From positions 16,231 to 80,230 of the forward strand of contig JANYJW010000039.1 in NCBI GenBank assembly GCA_025361705.1: a stretch of DNA of 64,000 nucleotides, given 5' to 3'. This document shows positions 17,641 through 27,078 of this stretch, one piece after another. The DNA is from Gemmatimonas sp. (GTDB lineage: Bacteria > Gemmatimonadota > Gemmatimonadetes > Gemmatimonadales > Gemmatimonadaceae). The notes beneath the pieces are model-generated. The model saw nothing but the letters and a program-made list of their open reading frames with translations, ran no database searches and was not told the origin of the DNA. The position numbers and the translations under genes are program-made. Each line of letters begins with the position of its first letter. Position 1 is the first letter of the stretch.

Positions 17641-19605
17641 ATGTCCGATCTCGACACGCTGCTCACTGAGAACCGGTCGTTCCCGCCGTCCGACCACTTC
17701 CGTCACACGGCACTCGTCAAGGACACCGCGCTCCACGCCGAAGCGGAGCACGACTACGAGGCCTTCTGGGCGCGGCATGCGCTGGACCTCGAGTGGATGG
17801 TGCCGTTCACGGAAACGCTCGAGTGGACGCCACCGCACGCCAAGTGGTTCCACGGCGGCCGGCTGAACGTCTCGGTGAACTGCATAGACCGCCACGTGCG
17901 CGGGGCGCATCGCAACAAGGCGGCCATCATCTGGGAGGGGGAACCGGGGGACTCGCGGGTCCTCACGTACTGGGACCTGTATCGCGAGGTGCAGAAGTTT
18001 GCGAACGTGCTCAAGTCGCTGGGCGTCGAACGCGGCGACCGCGTGGGCATCTACCTGCCGCTCGTGCCGGAGGCGGCCATCGCGATGCTGGCCTGCGCGC
18101 GCATCGGCGCCGTTCACAGCGTCGTCTTCGGCGGATTCTCGCCCGAGTCGCTGCGCGATCGGATGAACGACGCGCAGGCCAAGGTGCTGATCACGTCCGA
18201 TGGCGGCTATCGTCGCGGTCAGGTGACGGCGCTCAAGCGCAACACCGACAAGGCGCTCGAAGGCGCTCCGTGCGTGCAGCACGTGGTCGTCGTGCAGCGC
18301 CGCCCGGGGGGCATGGGCGATGAGTCGTTCGCTCAAATGAAAGAGGGGCGCGACCATTGGTGGCACCGCCTCATGCAGACGGCCAAGGCCGACTGCCCGC
18401 CCGAAGCGATGGACGCCGAAGACGTGCTGTTCATCCTGTACACGTCGGGCACCACCGGCAAGCCGAAGGGGATCGTGCACACCACCGGCGGCTACCTCAC
18501 CGGCGTGGCGGCCACCACCAAGTACGTCTTCGACCTCAAGGAGGATGACGTCTTCTGGTGCACGGCCGACGTGGGTTGGGTGACGGGGCACTCGTACCTG
18601 GTCTACGGCCCGCTCGCCAACGGCGCCACGTGCGTGATGTACGAGGGCGCGCCCGACTGGCCGGAGCGCAATCGCTTCTGGGAGATCTGCGAGAAGTACG
18701 GTGTATCGGTGTTCTACACAGCGCCGACGGCCATTCGCGCCTTCATGAAATGGGGCGAGCAGCACCCGGCGCGGCATGATCTGTCGCGCTTGCGCCTGCT
18801 CGGCACCGTGGGCGAGCCGATCAATCCCGAAGCCTGGATGTGGTACCAGAAGGTGATTGGCGGTCTGCGGTGCCCCATCGTGGACACGTGGTGGCAGACA
18901 GAAACCGGCGCCATCGTGATTTCACCGCTACCGGGTCTTACGGCAACGAAGCCGGGAAGCTGCACCCAACCGCTGCCCGGATATCACGCGGCGCTTCTGG
19001 ATTCCCACGCGGACGAAATCGCCGTGGGCGGCGGCCTGCTTGCGCTCACCAAGCCGTGGCCGTCGATGCTGCGCACCATCTGGGGCGACGATCAGCGCTA
19101 CGTCGACACCTACTTCAGCAAGTGGCCCGGCCGACCCGACCTGTACTTTGCGGGCGATGGCGCCAAGCGCGACGACGACGGCTTCTACTGGATCATGGGT
19201 CGCGTGGACGACGTGCTGAACGTCGCGGGCCACCGCATTGGCACGATGGAAGTGGAGAGCGCGCTCGTCGAGCACCCCGCCGTCGCCGAGGCGGCCGTGG
19301 TGGGCAAGGCGCACGAGATGAAGGGGCAGTCCATTGCCGCCTTCGTGACCCTGCGCGACGGTTTTCACCAGAGCCCGGCGCTGCGCGACGAGCTGCGCGA
19401 GTTCGTCGCCGAGAAGATTGGCGCCATCGCGCGCCCCGACGACATCCTGTTCAGCGCCGACCTGCCGAAGACGCGCTCGGGGAAGATCATGCGGCGGCTG
19501 CTGCGCGACATCGCCGAAGGCCGCACGTTGGGCGACACGACGACACTGGCGGATCCGTCGGTGGTGGCGTCGCTCAAGGAGCAGTATGAGTCCGAGGAAA
19601 GCTGA
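17641..19605 (+). CDS. acs: Acetyl-CoA synthetase
   Basis: Full-length AMP-forming Acs: [48 protein letters not shown]. Confidence 0.95.
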   Translation: MSDLDTLLTENRSFPPSDHFRHTALVKDTALHAEAEHDYEAFWARHALDLEWMVPFTETLEWTPPHAKWFHGGRLNVSVNCIDRHVRGAHRNKAAIIWEGEPGDSRVLTYWDLYREVQKFANVLKSLGVERGDRVGIYLPLVPEAAIAMLACARIGAVHSVVFGGFSPESLRDRMNDAQAKVLITSDGGYRRGQVTALKRNTDKALEGAPCVQHVVVVQRRPGGMGDESFAQMKEGRDHWWHRLMQTAKADCPPEAMDAEDVLFILYTSGTTGKPKGIVHTTGGYLTGVAATTKYVFDLKEDDVFWCTADVGWVTGHSYLVYGPLANGATCVMYEGAPDWPERNRFWEICEKYGVSVFYTAPTAIRAFMKWGEQHPARHDLSRLRLLGTVGEPINPEAWMWYQKVIGGLRCPIVDTWWQTETGAIVISPLPGLTATKPGSCTQPLPGYHAALLDSHADEIAVGGGLLALTKPWPSMLRTIWGDDQRYVDTYFSKWPGRPDLYFAGDGAKRDDDGFYWIMGRVDDVLNVAGHRIGTMEVESALVEHPAVAEAAVVGKAHEMKGQSIAAFVTLRDGFHQSPALRDELREFVAEKIGAIARPDDILFSADLPKTRSGKIMRRLLRDIAEGRTLGDTTTLADPSVVASLKEQYESEES

Positions 19606-19665
19606 TTGAGGACACGGAATCCGGATTGCGATCGGTGATCGCGATTCCGCATTGCGATTGGCGGT
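19604..19665 (+). repeat. Intergenic repeat family 1 copy (GATTGAGGA + GGACACGGAATCCGGATTGCG + GATCGCGATTC modules)
   Basis: The 9-mer overlaps the acs stop codon. Nested palindromes gcgatc-ggt-gatcgc flanked by cggaatc/gattccg. Confidence 0.75.
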
Positions 19666-19716
19666 TGTCACCGGCGATGCGGCCGGCGGGGGCATTCCCG
19701 CACCACGAGGTGGGCG

Positions 19717-20721
19717 ATGGCTGGTGACTTGCGCGCCGAACTGCAACAGACGCTTGCGGCGGACTACGTCCTCGAAGAGGAGTTGCCGCGCGGCGGCATG
19801 TCGCGGGTCTTCCTCGCCACCGAGCGTTCGCTCGACCGGCGCGTGGTGCTCAAGGTCCTCGACCCGGAACTGGCCGCGACGCTCAGCGCCGAGCGTTTCA
19901 AGCGGGAGATTGCGCTGGCGGCCCGGCTGCAGCACCCGCACATCGTGCCGTTGCTGCACGCGGGCGCGGTGGCGGGCAAGCTGTTCTACTCGATGCCGTT
20001 CGTAGAAGGCGAGTCGCTGCGCGAGCTGATGGCCCGCGAGCGTCCGATGCCCATTGACCGCATCACGCAGATCCTCACCGAGGTGGCCGGGGCGCTGGAC
20101 TTCGCGCACCGCGAAGGCGTGGTGCACCGCGACATCAAGCCAGAGAACGTGATGCTCTTTCACGGGCAGGCGGTGGTGCTCGACTTCGGCATCGCCAAGG
20201 CGCTGAGCAACGCGACCAACCCCGCGGAGTCCAATGCACCGCGCATCACGCTGCAGGGGACGAGCCTCGGCACCCCGACGTACATCGCGCCGGAGCAGGC
20301 GGCCGGCGATCCGTCGCTCGACCATCGCGCCGACATCTACAGCGTGGGGTGCGTGGCGTACGAGATGCTGACCGGACATCCGCCATTCCGTGGCCGGACG
20401 CCGCAGGCGGTCATGATTGCCCACGCGCAGGAAGCGCCGGAGCCGGTGGCGAAGCGCCGCGCCGACACGCCGCCCGCGCTCGCCCGCCTGGTGATGGCGT
20501 GCCTGGCGAAGGAACCGGATCGCCGCCCGCGGCGGGCGCAGGACATCGTCACGGCCCTGCGGCCGGCGCGCGCGTCGGGGGGCGCCAGCGGAGTGCGGGC
20601 GGTGCTCGAACAGGCGCCGTGGTGGCTGCCGTGGCTGGTGGCGGCCGTGGCCACCGCCGTGGCCCTCGCGCTGGCCCTCACCAAGGGCCTGTCTGTAACT
20701 CTTCCCGCCATCCGGTCGTAA
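19717..20721 (+). CDS. Ser/Thr protein kinase (Hanks type) with C-terminal TM anchor
   Basis: VVLKVL, HRDIKPENV, DFGIAK and GTPTYIAPE subdomains. C-terminal hydrophobic WWLPWLVAAVATAVALALAL. Confidence 0.9.
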   Translation: MAGDLRAELQQTLAADYVLEEELPRGGMSRVFLATERSLDRRVVLKVLDPELAATLSAERFKREIALAARLQHPHIVPLLHAGAVAGKLFYSMPFVEGESLRELMARERPMPIDRITQILTEVAGALDFAHREGVVHRDIKPENVMLFHGQAVVLDFGIAKALSNATNPAESNAPRITLQGTSLGTPTYIAPEQAAGDPSLDHRADIYSVGCVAYEMLTGHPPFRGRTPQAVMIAHAQEAPEPVAKRRADTPPALARLVMACLAKEPDRRPRRAQDIVTALRPARASGGASGVRAVLEQAPWWLPWLVAAVATAVALALALTKGLSVTLPAIRS

Positions 20722-20728
20722 TTAGGTC

Positions 20729-21091
20729 ATGCTCGAACGCCTTCTGCCCGAATCGCTGTTCCCCCGCAAGCTGCCGCCGGCCGCTGAGCGGCGGATGCGG
20801 CTTGCCCAGGCGCGCGCCGAGGAAGCGCTGGTGCGCACCCACGTGGAGAACGCGCTGACGTTCGTGGACGCGCTGGCCGAAGAGTTGGCGTTTGATCGCG
20901 CCATCGATACGTACATCCGTGAAATGGCGGTGGCCGAGCCGCTGGCGTCGGTCGTGGTGACCCGCGTGCTCGTGGTGCTGGGCCGGGACCTGCTGCCGGC
21001 GCGCCGCGAGGAGACGGGCGACGAACTGCGGCCGCGGCTGCGGCTTACCGAAGCATCGGATGCGAAGCGAGGGACGATTCGGCGGGCATAG
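20729..21091 (+). CDS. Hypothetical protein
   Basis: Starts 8 nt after the kinase stop and has high GC3 codon usage. No recognisable domain. Confidence 0.45.
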   Translation: MLERLLPESLFPRKLPPAAERRMRLAQARAEEALVRTHVENALTFVDALAEELAFDRAIDTYIREMAVAEPLASVVVTRVLVVLGRDLLPARREETGDELRPRLRLTEASDAKRGTIRRA

Positions 21092-21113
21092 GTGGGTGAG
21101 ATGGCAGATGGCA

Positions 21114-21145
21114 GAGGCCCGCGCATCGTGGTGATGGCGGGCCTC
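21114..21145. terminator. Hairpin between convergent genes
   Basis: 9-bp stem gaggcccgc / gcgggcctc, extendable by ggcaga/tctgcc. Confidence 0.5.
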
Positions 21146-21191
21146 GTTCATTGTCTGCCGTGTCTTCCGTTGCTGCGCGTTGGGCCCAAGC

Positions 21192-21623
21192 TCACCCTGC
21201 GGTCGTTCGCGTGACGCGCAGTTCAAGCACCGACAGCGCAAACATGATGACCACCAGGATGGCGCTGATGACGCAGTACATGCAGACCGCGTGGATGATC
21301 GCAAGTTCGAGATAGGTGAGCCAGCCGCTGAACAGCACGCCCCATCCTGTGGTCACCACCAGCAGCAGCGCCGCACGCCGGTCGGCGGCGAAGCGCTCGA
21401 GCGTGCAGAGGCATGCCGAGGAGAAGAGCGCGATGTAGTACAGCACACCCCAGAAGGCGACCGGGACGCCGAAGAGCACCGCCCAGGGGCTGGTGTTCAC
21501 CTTCTCGCAGCTGCCGATCTTGCAGCTCAGCGAGCCGACGATGCCGATCTTGTAGAGCCACAGGTACATCGCCACGTAGAGCCCGACGAGGGCCAGCGTG
21601 GCGATGATCATGCGTCGCGTCAC
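21192..21623 (-). CDS. Vitamin K epoxide reductase (VKOR) family protein
   Basis: Four TM helices, loop Cys pair (SCKIGSC) and CMYC redox motif in the last helix. Confidence 0.85.
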   Translation of the reverse strand: MTRRMIIATLALVGLYVAMYLWLYKIGIVGSLSCKIGSCEKVNTSPWAVLFGVPVAFWGVLYYIALFSSACLCTLERFAADRRAALLLVVTTGWGVLFSGWLTYLELAIIHAVCMYCVISAILVVIMFALSVLELRVTRTTAG

Positions 21624-22333
21624 TTGGCGCCCTTCTTGGCGGGGTCCGCCTTGCCGAGCTTGGCCAGTTCTTCGTCGACGAGCTGCTTGATCTTGTCGTA
21701 CGGCTGGCTGCCCGAGTACTTCTTGCCCCCGATGATGAACGACGGGGTCTCGTCGATGCCGCGCTGTTCCGCCTCGGCTCCGCTGGCCTTGATGTTCGGG
21801 TAGTTCCGCTTGCTGTCATAGCACGCGTCGAACTTGCCCATGTCGAGCGCGAGGTCGGCCGCATAGCCCTTCATCTTCTTGTCGGGGCTCGACGTCGCGA
21901 GGGTGTTCCAGAGGTCCTGCGTGTAGAACAGGCGGTCGTGCATCTCCCAGAACTTCCCCTGTTCGCCAGCGCAGTAGGCCGCGTTGGATGCCGGCCAGGT
22001 GTTCTTGTGCATCGGCAGCGGGAAGACATAGAACGTGTACTGGACCTGGCCCGTCTTGATCAGACGCGCCCGCACATCGGGCTCGGTGAGCGTGGCAAAC
22101 TGGCCGCACGCCGGGCACTCGAAGTCGGCGAATTCGACAATCTTCACGGGGGCATCGGGCGAGCCCATGACGAATCCCTGCGCGGTGCCGAGCGGCATGT
22201 TGGGATCGATGGCCTCGCCGCCGCCCTTGGGCCGAGTGGCGACATACCCCAGCGCGGCTGCGCCGACGATGCCGATGGCCACAAGGAGAAACGTGAACTG
22301 CTTCCTGGATGCGTTCTTATTGGCGGTGGCCAC
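21620..22333 (-). CDS. DsbA-family thiol:disulfide oxidoreductase, membrane anchored
   Basis: FADFECPACGQF thioredoxin-fold CPxC motif and an N-terminal TM anchor. Its stop overlaps the VKOR start (GTGA). Confidence 0.85.
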   Translation of the reverse strand: MATANKNASRKQFTFLLVAIGIVGAAALGYVATRPKGGGEAIDPNMPLGTAQGFVMGSPDAPVKIVEFADFECPACGQFATLTEPDVRARLIKTGQVQYTFYVFPLPMHKNTWPASNAAYCAGEQGKFWEMHDRLFYTQDLWNTLATSSPDKKMKGYAADLALDMGKFDACYDSKRNYPNIKASGAEAEQRGIDETPSFIIGGKKYSGSQPYDKIKQLVDEELAKLGKADPAKKGAK

Positions 22334-22408
22334 GGAGAGACCGTTCGGTTGAGAGGTGGGAGAAAGCTACAGGCGGATGGTGCGTTTGCTCAAGGAGACC
22401 GCAGACTG

Positions 22409-22434
22409 TAGACGGTCGACGGCAGACGGTGGAT
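22409..22434 (-). repeat. CCACCGTCT/CCGTC motif cluster, inverted copy (repeat family 3)
   Basis: The reverse complement tccaccgtctgccgtcgaccgtctac matches tccaccgtctaccgtctac at 22508-22526. Confidence 0.7.
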
Positions 22435-22481
22435 GACGCATCGCCTGCGGTCGATGCGATTCTACCCCGCTCGGCATAGGT

Positions 22482-23405
22482 TTGATCGTTGCCCCGACCC
22501 CCTACCGTCCACCGTCTACCGTCTACCCACTGCCCCGCTTCGACCACATCCGCATCCCTGTCGGTCCGGGTGAGCTGCACGCAGAGCGCTTCGGTTTTGG
22601 CGACCATCCGCTGGTGCTGCTGCACGGCTTCGGGACGTCGACGTTCCTGTGGCGGCACGTGGCACCGGCGCTGCCGCTGGGGCAGGTGACGGCGTGGGCC
22701 ATCGACCTGTTGGGGCACGGCGAGTCGGACCGGCCCCGCGAGGGAGATTTCGGCATCGCGGCGCAGGCGTTGTGCGTGGAACAGGCCATGACTTCGCTGC
22801 GCATTGGGCGGGCCACGATCGTTGGAGTCGATCTGGGGGCTTCGGTTGCCCTGCGGCTGGCCGCCACTCGGCCGGCGCGCGTGCATGGCGCCGTGCTCAT
22901 CGGCCCGCCGCCGCCGGGGCGCGGACGCGGCGCTGACTTGGCCGAACTGGGCCGCCTGACGGCAACCCACCTGCTCGAGGCCTCGCGCGGCATGCTCGGC
23001 ACGGCCGCCTGGCTGGGCCCCCTCCTCACGCGCAGCGTGGCAACGGCCGCGGCGATGCCGGCCAAACTGGTGGCGCGCTACGCCGCGCCGTTCGTCGGGG
23101 CCGATGGCGTCCAGCACCTGCAACTGTTGGCGAACGCTGTCACCGACGATGATGTGGAGGAGCTGGATCTTGGGCGCATCGCGGCGCGCACCCTGGTGGT
23201 GCGGGGCGAGCAGGACGCGTGGTGCACCAGTGCCGACGCCACGCGGCTGGCGACCGCCATCCCGGGCGCCGAGTTGCGTGCGGTGCCGGGGACCGGGCGG
23301 CTGGTGCCCGAGGAGGCTCCCGAGGCGCTCGCGGCGCTGCTCGCCGAGTGGGCACCGCCCCTTCATAGCTCGGGCGCGCGGACGCTCCCCCCGCGCGACG
23401 GCTGA
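22482..23405 (+). CDS. Alpha/beta-fold hydrolase (Asp-nucleophile, epoxide hydrolase/dehalogenase-like)
   Basis: HPLVLLHGFGTSTFLWRH oxyanion region. The nucleophile elbow reads GVDLGA (Asp, not Ser). The TTG start at 22482 is uncertain because codons 8-16 are the family 3 repeat. Confidence 0.75.
   Translation: MIVAPTPYRPPSTVYPLPRFDHIRIPVGPGELHAERFGFGDHPLVLLHGFGTSTFLWRHVAPALPLGQVTAWAIDLLGHGESDRPREGDFGIAAQALCVEQAMTSLRIGRATIVGVDLGASVALRLAATRPARVHGAVLIGPPPPGRGRGADLAELGRLTATHLLEASRGMLGTAAWLGPLLTRSVATAAAMPAKLVARYAAPFVGADGVQHLQLLANAVTDDDVEELDLGRIAARTLVVRGEQDAWCTSADATRLATAIPGAELRAVPGTGRLVPEEAPEALAALLAEWAPPLHSSGARTLPPRDG
22503..22527 (+). repeat. TACCGTCCACCGTCT + ACCGTCTACC (repeat family 3)
   Basis: The 15-mer taccgtccaccgtct (22503-22517) is identical to 55502-55516. 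Confidence 0.8.
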
Positions 23406-23497
23406 ACGGCGGCGGGAAAGCACGCGTACAGGCTTTGAATCGAGGCCTGTCCCGTTTAGCTTTCCTGAACGCAGTTCTCACTATTTTTTCGGACGAG

Positions 23498-23785
23498 ATG
23501 ATCAAGGCGCGAAACAGAAACCGCAAGCCTGGAAACGAATCGTCGCTCAAGGATCAGGCACGCGACGAACTGTTCCAGCACATCATGGGTTGCGATGTGG
23601 TTGGGTGTGACCCCGAGCACCAGCGGGAGTGGTTCGACGAGACGATGCAGTACCTGACCGGGCGGTATCACGAGCTGTCGGCGGTGGAGATGGCCGAGCT
23701 TCGTACCCTTGGTGAGCGTTTCGCCCAGCCGCCCCGGTCTGCCGCTTCGGCGCAGGCGAACGAGAACATCGTCGTCACCGCATAG
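23498..23785 (+). CDS. Small hypothetical protein (95 aa), lower GC than its surroundings
   Basis: ATG preceded by an AT-richer leader (tattttttcggacgag). Coherent charged helical sequence, followed by its own terminator. No domain recognised. Confidence 0.5.
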   Translation: MIKARNRNRKPGNESSLKDQARDELFQHIMGCDVVGCDPEHQREWFDETMQYLTGRYHELSAVEMAELRTLGERFAQPPRSAASAQANENIVVTA

Positions 23786-23813
23786 AGGTCACGCCGGACG
23801 CACCACGAAGGCC

Positions 23814-23846
23814 AACGCCCCGTCGCGAATTGCGGCGGGGCGTTTT
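23814..23846 (+). terminator. Rho-independent terminator
   Basis: Stem aacgccccg / cggggcgtt followed by a TTTT run. Confidence 0.65.
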
Positions 23847-23877
23847 GCGTGGCTGGTGAGGCCGTAGACGGAGGAAG

Positions 23878-24417
23878 TTACCGGCCGTTCGTGCGCGCTT
23901 TGCGGAGCACAAACGCGAGTCGCGCGCCTTCGCCGAGGGCGACTTCAACCGCCGGTGTCCACCGGCGGAGCCGGCGGAGCCGGCGGCCCTCGACGCCGAG
24001 GACGACGAGCAGTCCGGCGCGCGGTGAGTCAGTGCCTTCGCGCCGCACGGTGAGCCCGCCGCCGGCGTAGGGCCCCCATCGCGCCTGGGCAAAGGGGTCG
24101 AGCAGGAATCGGAACTCCACATCGGCACGCGTGGCCAGCACGCGGTCGCCGTGCACATCGGCCAGGCCCGCCCCGACGCCTATGCCTGCGCGCACATAGT
24201 AGCCGAGCGGAACGTTGGCGCCCGCCATCACCAGCGCCGAGGGGTAGTGCGCCGCCGCGAGCTCGGCGCGAAGCTCTGGCTGCACGCGCGGCGTGAAGGC
24301 GAAGTCCTGTGCCGCAAGCGGGACTGCGACGGCCAGCGCCACGAGCGTCGCCACGCGCGTCGCCACGCGCTTCGCCACGCGCGTCGCCACGCTGGCGAGG
24401 CCGCTACGTCCGCGCAC
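23878..24417 (-). CDS. Hypothetical secreted protein, possibly a small beta-barrel
   Basis: Signal-like ...VATLVALAVAVPLAAQ, then alternating beta-strand-like segments. Start is GTG 24417 or 24390. The N-region is built from a 12-bp tandem repeat. Confidence 0.5.
   Translation of the reverse strand: MRGRSGLASVATRVAKRVATRVATLVALAVAVPLAAQDFAFTPRVQPELRAELAAAHYPSALVMAGANVPLGYYVRAGIGVGAGLADVHGDRVLATRADVEFRFLLDPFAQARWGPYAGGGLTVRREGTDSPRAGLLVVLGVEGRRLRRLRRWTPAVEVALGEGARLAFVLRKARTNGR
24338..24397 (-). repeat. Five imperfect 12-bp tandem repeats (gccacgcgcgtc), in frame
   Basis: Encodes (V)ATRV-AKRV-ATRV-ATLV in the signal-peptide N-region. Confidence 0.8.
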
Positions 24418-24943
24418 GCATGCGCCAGAGCGCCACGGTGTAGTCAACCACCGACACCAGCGACGCCACGCCGACGACCGCCACCGCCCAGGGCGTGGCC
24501 CGCGCGTCGATGACGATGGCGGGCAGGGCGCAGAGTTGCAGCACCGTGGCCAGCTTGCCCGAGAATCGCGCCTTGAAGGTGGCCGCGCGCAGCGAAGCCG
24601 TGGCCTTGGCGACGACGAACGCAGCGGCCGTGGCAAAGTCGCGAAGGAGGAAGACGAAATACTGTCCGGTGCTCAGCTCTCCTTCGAGGAGCAGCGTGCA
24701 GACGGCCACCAGCACGAAGATGCGGTCGGCCACGGGGTCGATGAGCGCGCCCATGCGGCTGAACTGGTGGCGGCGCCGGGCGAGCCACCCGTCGAGGAAG
24801 TCGGTGAGGCCGGCGGCAGCGAGGATGAGCAACCGCAGGTCGTGCTGCTGAACGACCGGAAAGAGCACCGCCAGGAACAGGCGGGACATCGAGATGGCGT
24901 TCGGTAGCGTCGCCAGGCTGTCGCGCTCCATGCGGGGCAACAT
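24404..24943 (-). CDS. CDP-alcohol phosphatidyltransferase (PgsA-like)
   Basis: D-x2-DG-x2-AR...G-x3-D-x3-D motif, seen as TDFLDGWLARRRHQFSRMGALIDPVADR. Multi-TM. Confidence 0.85.
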   Translation of the reverse strand: MLPRMERDSLATLPNAISMSRLFLAVLFPVVQQHDLRLLILAAAGLTDFLDGWLARRRHQFSRMGALIDPVADRIFVLVAVCTLLLEGELSTGQYFVFLLRDFATAAAFVVAKATASLRAATFKARFSGKLATVLQLCALPAIVIDARATPWAVAVVGVASLVSVVDYTVALWRMRART

Positions 24944-25026
24944 AGGCGTCGCGGCGAATGCTTGCCAGCGCCGGGGGCGACCGGTAGCTTCGCCATTGAC
25001 CTCCGTTTCACCCCGAAGAGGGCGCG

Positions 25027-25491
25027 ATGGCAGATATCACCGAACTGTTGAAGGGCGTCGCCATCTTCCAGGATCTCGAGGACGGCGAGCTGGCGCGCGT
25101 CTCCGAAGTCTGCCGGATGCAGGAGTTGGTGTCGGGCGAATACGTGTTCAAGGAGGGCGAGCCGGGCAACCGGCTGTACCTGGTGGTCGAAGGGGAGGTG
25201 CGCATCAGCCGGATGATCCCAGGGAGTGGCGAGGAAGCGCTTGCCATCCTCAAGAAGGGATCGCTGTTCGGCGAGATGGCCGTGTTCGACCGCAGCGAGC
25301 GCTCCACCGACGCCATCTCGAACGGCGGCTGCAAGCTGCTCACCATTTCGCGCAGCGACTTCGAACTGCTGCTCGACTTCAACCGCGAGCTCGCGTACAA
25401 GGTGCTCTGGTCGTGCACCCGGCTGCTCTCGGCGCGTCTGCGCTCGACCAACGACAGCCTGCGCAGCTTCCTCGCCATGTCGATGTTCTAG
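25027..25491 (+). CDS. Stand-alone cyclic-nucleotide-binding domain protein
   Basis: cNMP-binding beta-barrel: GEYVFKEGEPGNRLYLVVEGEVRI...LFGEMAVFD...RSTDA. Confidence 0.85.
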   Translation: MADITELLKGVAIFQDLEDGELARVSEVCRMQELVSGEYVFKEGEPGNRLYLVVEGEVRISRMIPGSGEEALAILKKGSLFGEMAVFDRSERSTDAISNGGCKLLTISRSDFELLLDFNRELAYKVLWSCTRLLSARLRSTNDSLRSFLAMSMF

Positions 25492-25615
25492 GGGCAGGCG
25501 GCATTCAGCCGACGAGCACCCTCAGAGGGCGGGCCAGCGCGGCCCGCCCTTTCGTCGTACTCTGTGGTAGTCTGTTGTACTCCATTTCATTCCGTGATAC
25601 TCCGTGAAGACTCCC

Positions 25616-27052
25616 ATGCGCCTCCTTCGCCTGCTCCCCGCCCTGCTGGTTGCCGCCGTCGCGGCCACGGCCGCCGCCCAGTCGCCCAAGGCTGCACCCC
25701 AGGCTGCACCCAAGGCTGCGCCCAAGGCTGCACCCAAGAGTGTGCCCAAGACGCCGGCGCCGGTGCGCCCTGACGTCACCATTGGACTCGCGCGCGATGC
25801 GCACATTGCCGCCGCGGCTGCAGATGTGTCGGCGCCGCGCATCCGGGCGACCGACTCGACGCTCGTCTCGTTCGGCACGCGGCACACGATGAGCGACACG
25901 CTGTCGGAGACGCGCGGCATCGGCGCCGCGCGCCGCTTTCTCTACAACGAACTGCGCGCCTACAGCCGCGACTGCGGCGGCTGCCTGCGCGTGGAGTACG
26001 ATGGCCGCGACACGCAGCTCACGCGCTTTCGCGACCGTCCGACAGCGCGTGTCGTCAACGTGCTGGCCTGGCTGCCAGGGCGCGACACGACCCGCGTGAT
26101 CGTCGTCAGCGGGCACTACGACACGTGCACCTGCAGCACCGACCCGGCCGACGCCGTGAGCGATGCGCCGGGTGCCGACGATGACGGCTCAGGAGCATCC
26201 GCCGTGGTGGAACTGGCGCGCGTCGTCTCGAAGCGGTACCCGAAGGGGCTCGACGCAACGGTGGTGTTTGCCATCGTCGCCGCCGAGGAGCAGGGCCTGC
26301 TGGGTGCCACCGCGCTCGCCAGGCGGCTGCACGACGAAAAGAAGACGGTGGTGGCCGCCTTCACCGACGACATCATCGGCAACGTGGTGGCCGATGACGG
26401 CCGCGTCGACTCGACGAGCGTGCGCATTTATGCCGTCGATTCGGTGCCGTCGCGCAGTGGCGAGCTGGCGCGGTACGTGTGGGGTGTTGGTGCGGTGTAC
26501 ACGCCGGGGCTCGAGGTGCGCCCGACGTTCCGTCTGGACCGCGTGGGGCGCGGCGGCGATCATGCGCCGTTCCACCGCCTTGGCGACCCGGCGCTGCGCT
26601 ACACCGAGAGGCTGGAGGACACCAAGCGGCAACACCTGGCCACCGACGACCTCACCGGCGTGAACTTCGGCTACGTCGCCGCCATCGCACGGCTGAATGT
26701 CGCCACGGTTGTCTCACTGGCCTCGGCGCCTGCGCCAGTGGACAGCGTCTTCGCGCGCCGCGACCGGGCGTCGGGCGGGCAGAAGTGGAACATCACGTGG
26801 AAGACGGCGCCGGGGGCTGCGCGCTACGAAGTGCTCTGGCGCTCCACCGCGTCGCCGACGTGGACGGCGGTGTACGACGCGGGGACGGCAGCGAGCTACC
26901 TGCTGGACGAACAGCTCGATGACGGGTGGGCGGCGGTGCGGGCCGTCAGCGGCGACGGGCATCGTTCGCTCACCACGGTCGCGTCGACGAGCGGGCCGCC
27001 GCGCGCAGCAGGCGCAGGCGCCCCGGCACCACCGCCGCCACCAACGCCGTGA
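25616..27052 (+). CDS. Secreted M28-family metallopeptidase with C-terminal FN3-like domain
   Basis: Signal peptide MRLLRLLPALLVAAVAATAAAQ. M28 metal ligands (SGHYD, GADDDGSG, AAEEQGLLG, GGDHAPF). C-terminal WNITWKTAPGAARYEVLWR. Alternative GTG start at 25604. Confidence 0.85.
   Translation: MRLLRLLPALLVAAVAATAAAQSPKAAPQAAPKAAPKAAPKSVPKTPAPVRPDVTIGLARDAHIAAAAADVSAPRIRATDSTLVSFGTRHTMSDTLSETRGIGAARRFLYNELRAYSRDCGGCLRVEYDGRDTQLTRFRDRPTARVVNVLAWLPGRDTTRVIVVSGHYDTCTCSTDPADAVSDAPGADDDGSGASAVVELARVVSKRYPKGLDATVVFAIVAAEEQGLLGATALARRLHDEKKTVVAAFTDDIIGNVVADDGRVDSTSVRIYAVDSVPSRSGELARYVWGVGAVYTPGLEVRPTFRLDRVGRGGDHAPFHRLGDPALRYTERLEDTKRQHLATDDLTGVNFGYVAAIARLNVATVVSLASAPAPVDSVFARRDRASGGQKWNITWKTAPGAARYEVLWRSTASPTWTAVYDAGTAASYLLDEQLDDGWAAVRAVSGDGHRSLTTVASTSGPPRAAGAGAPAPPPPPTP
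25685..25738 (+). repeat. 12-bp in-frame tandem repeat encoding (PKAA)n
   Basis: PKAAPQAAPKAAPKAAPK lies directly after the signal-peptide cleavage region. Confidence 0.8.
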
Positions 27053-27078
27053 CCTTGCGCAACCAGGTGCCGTCGCTG

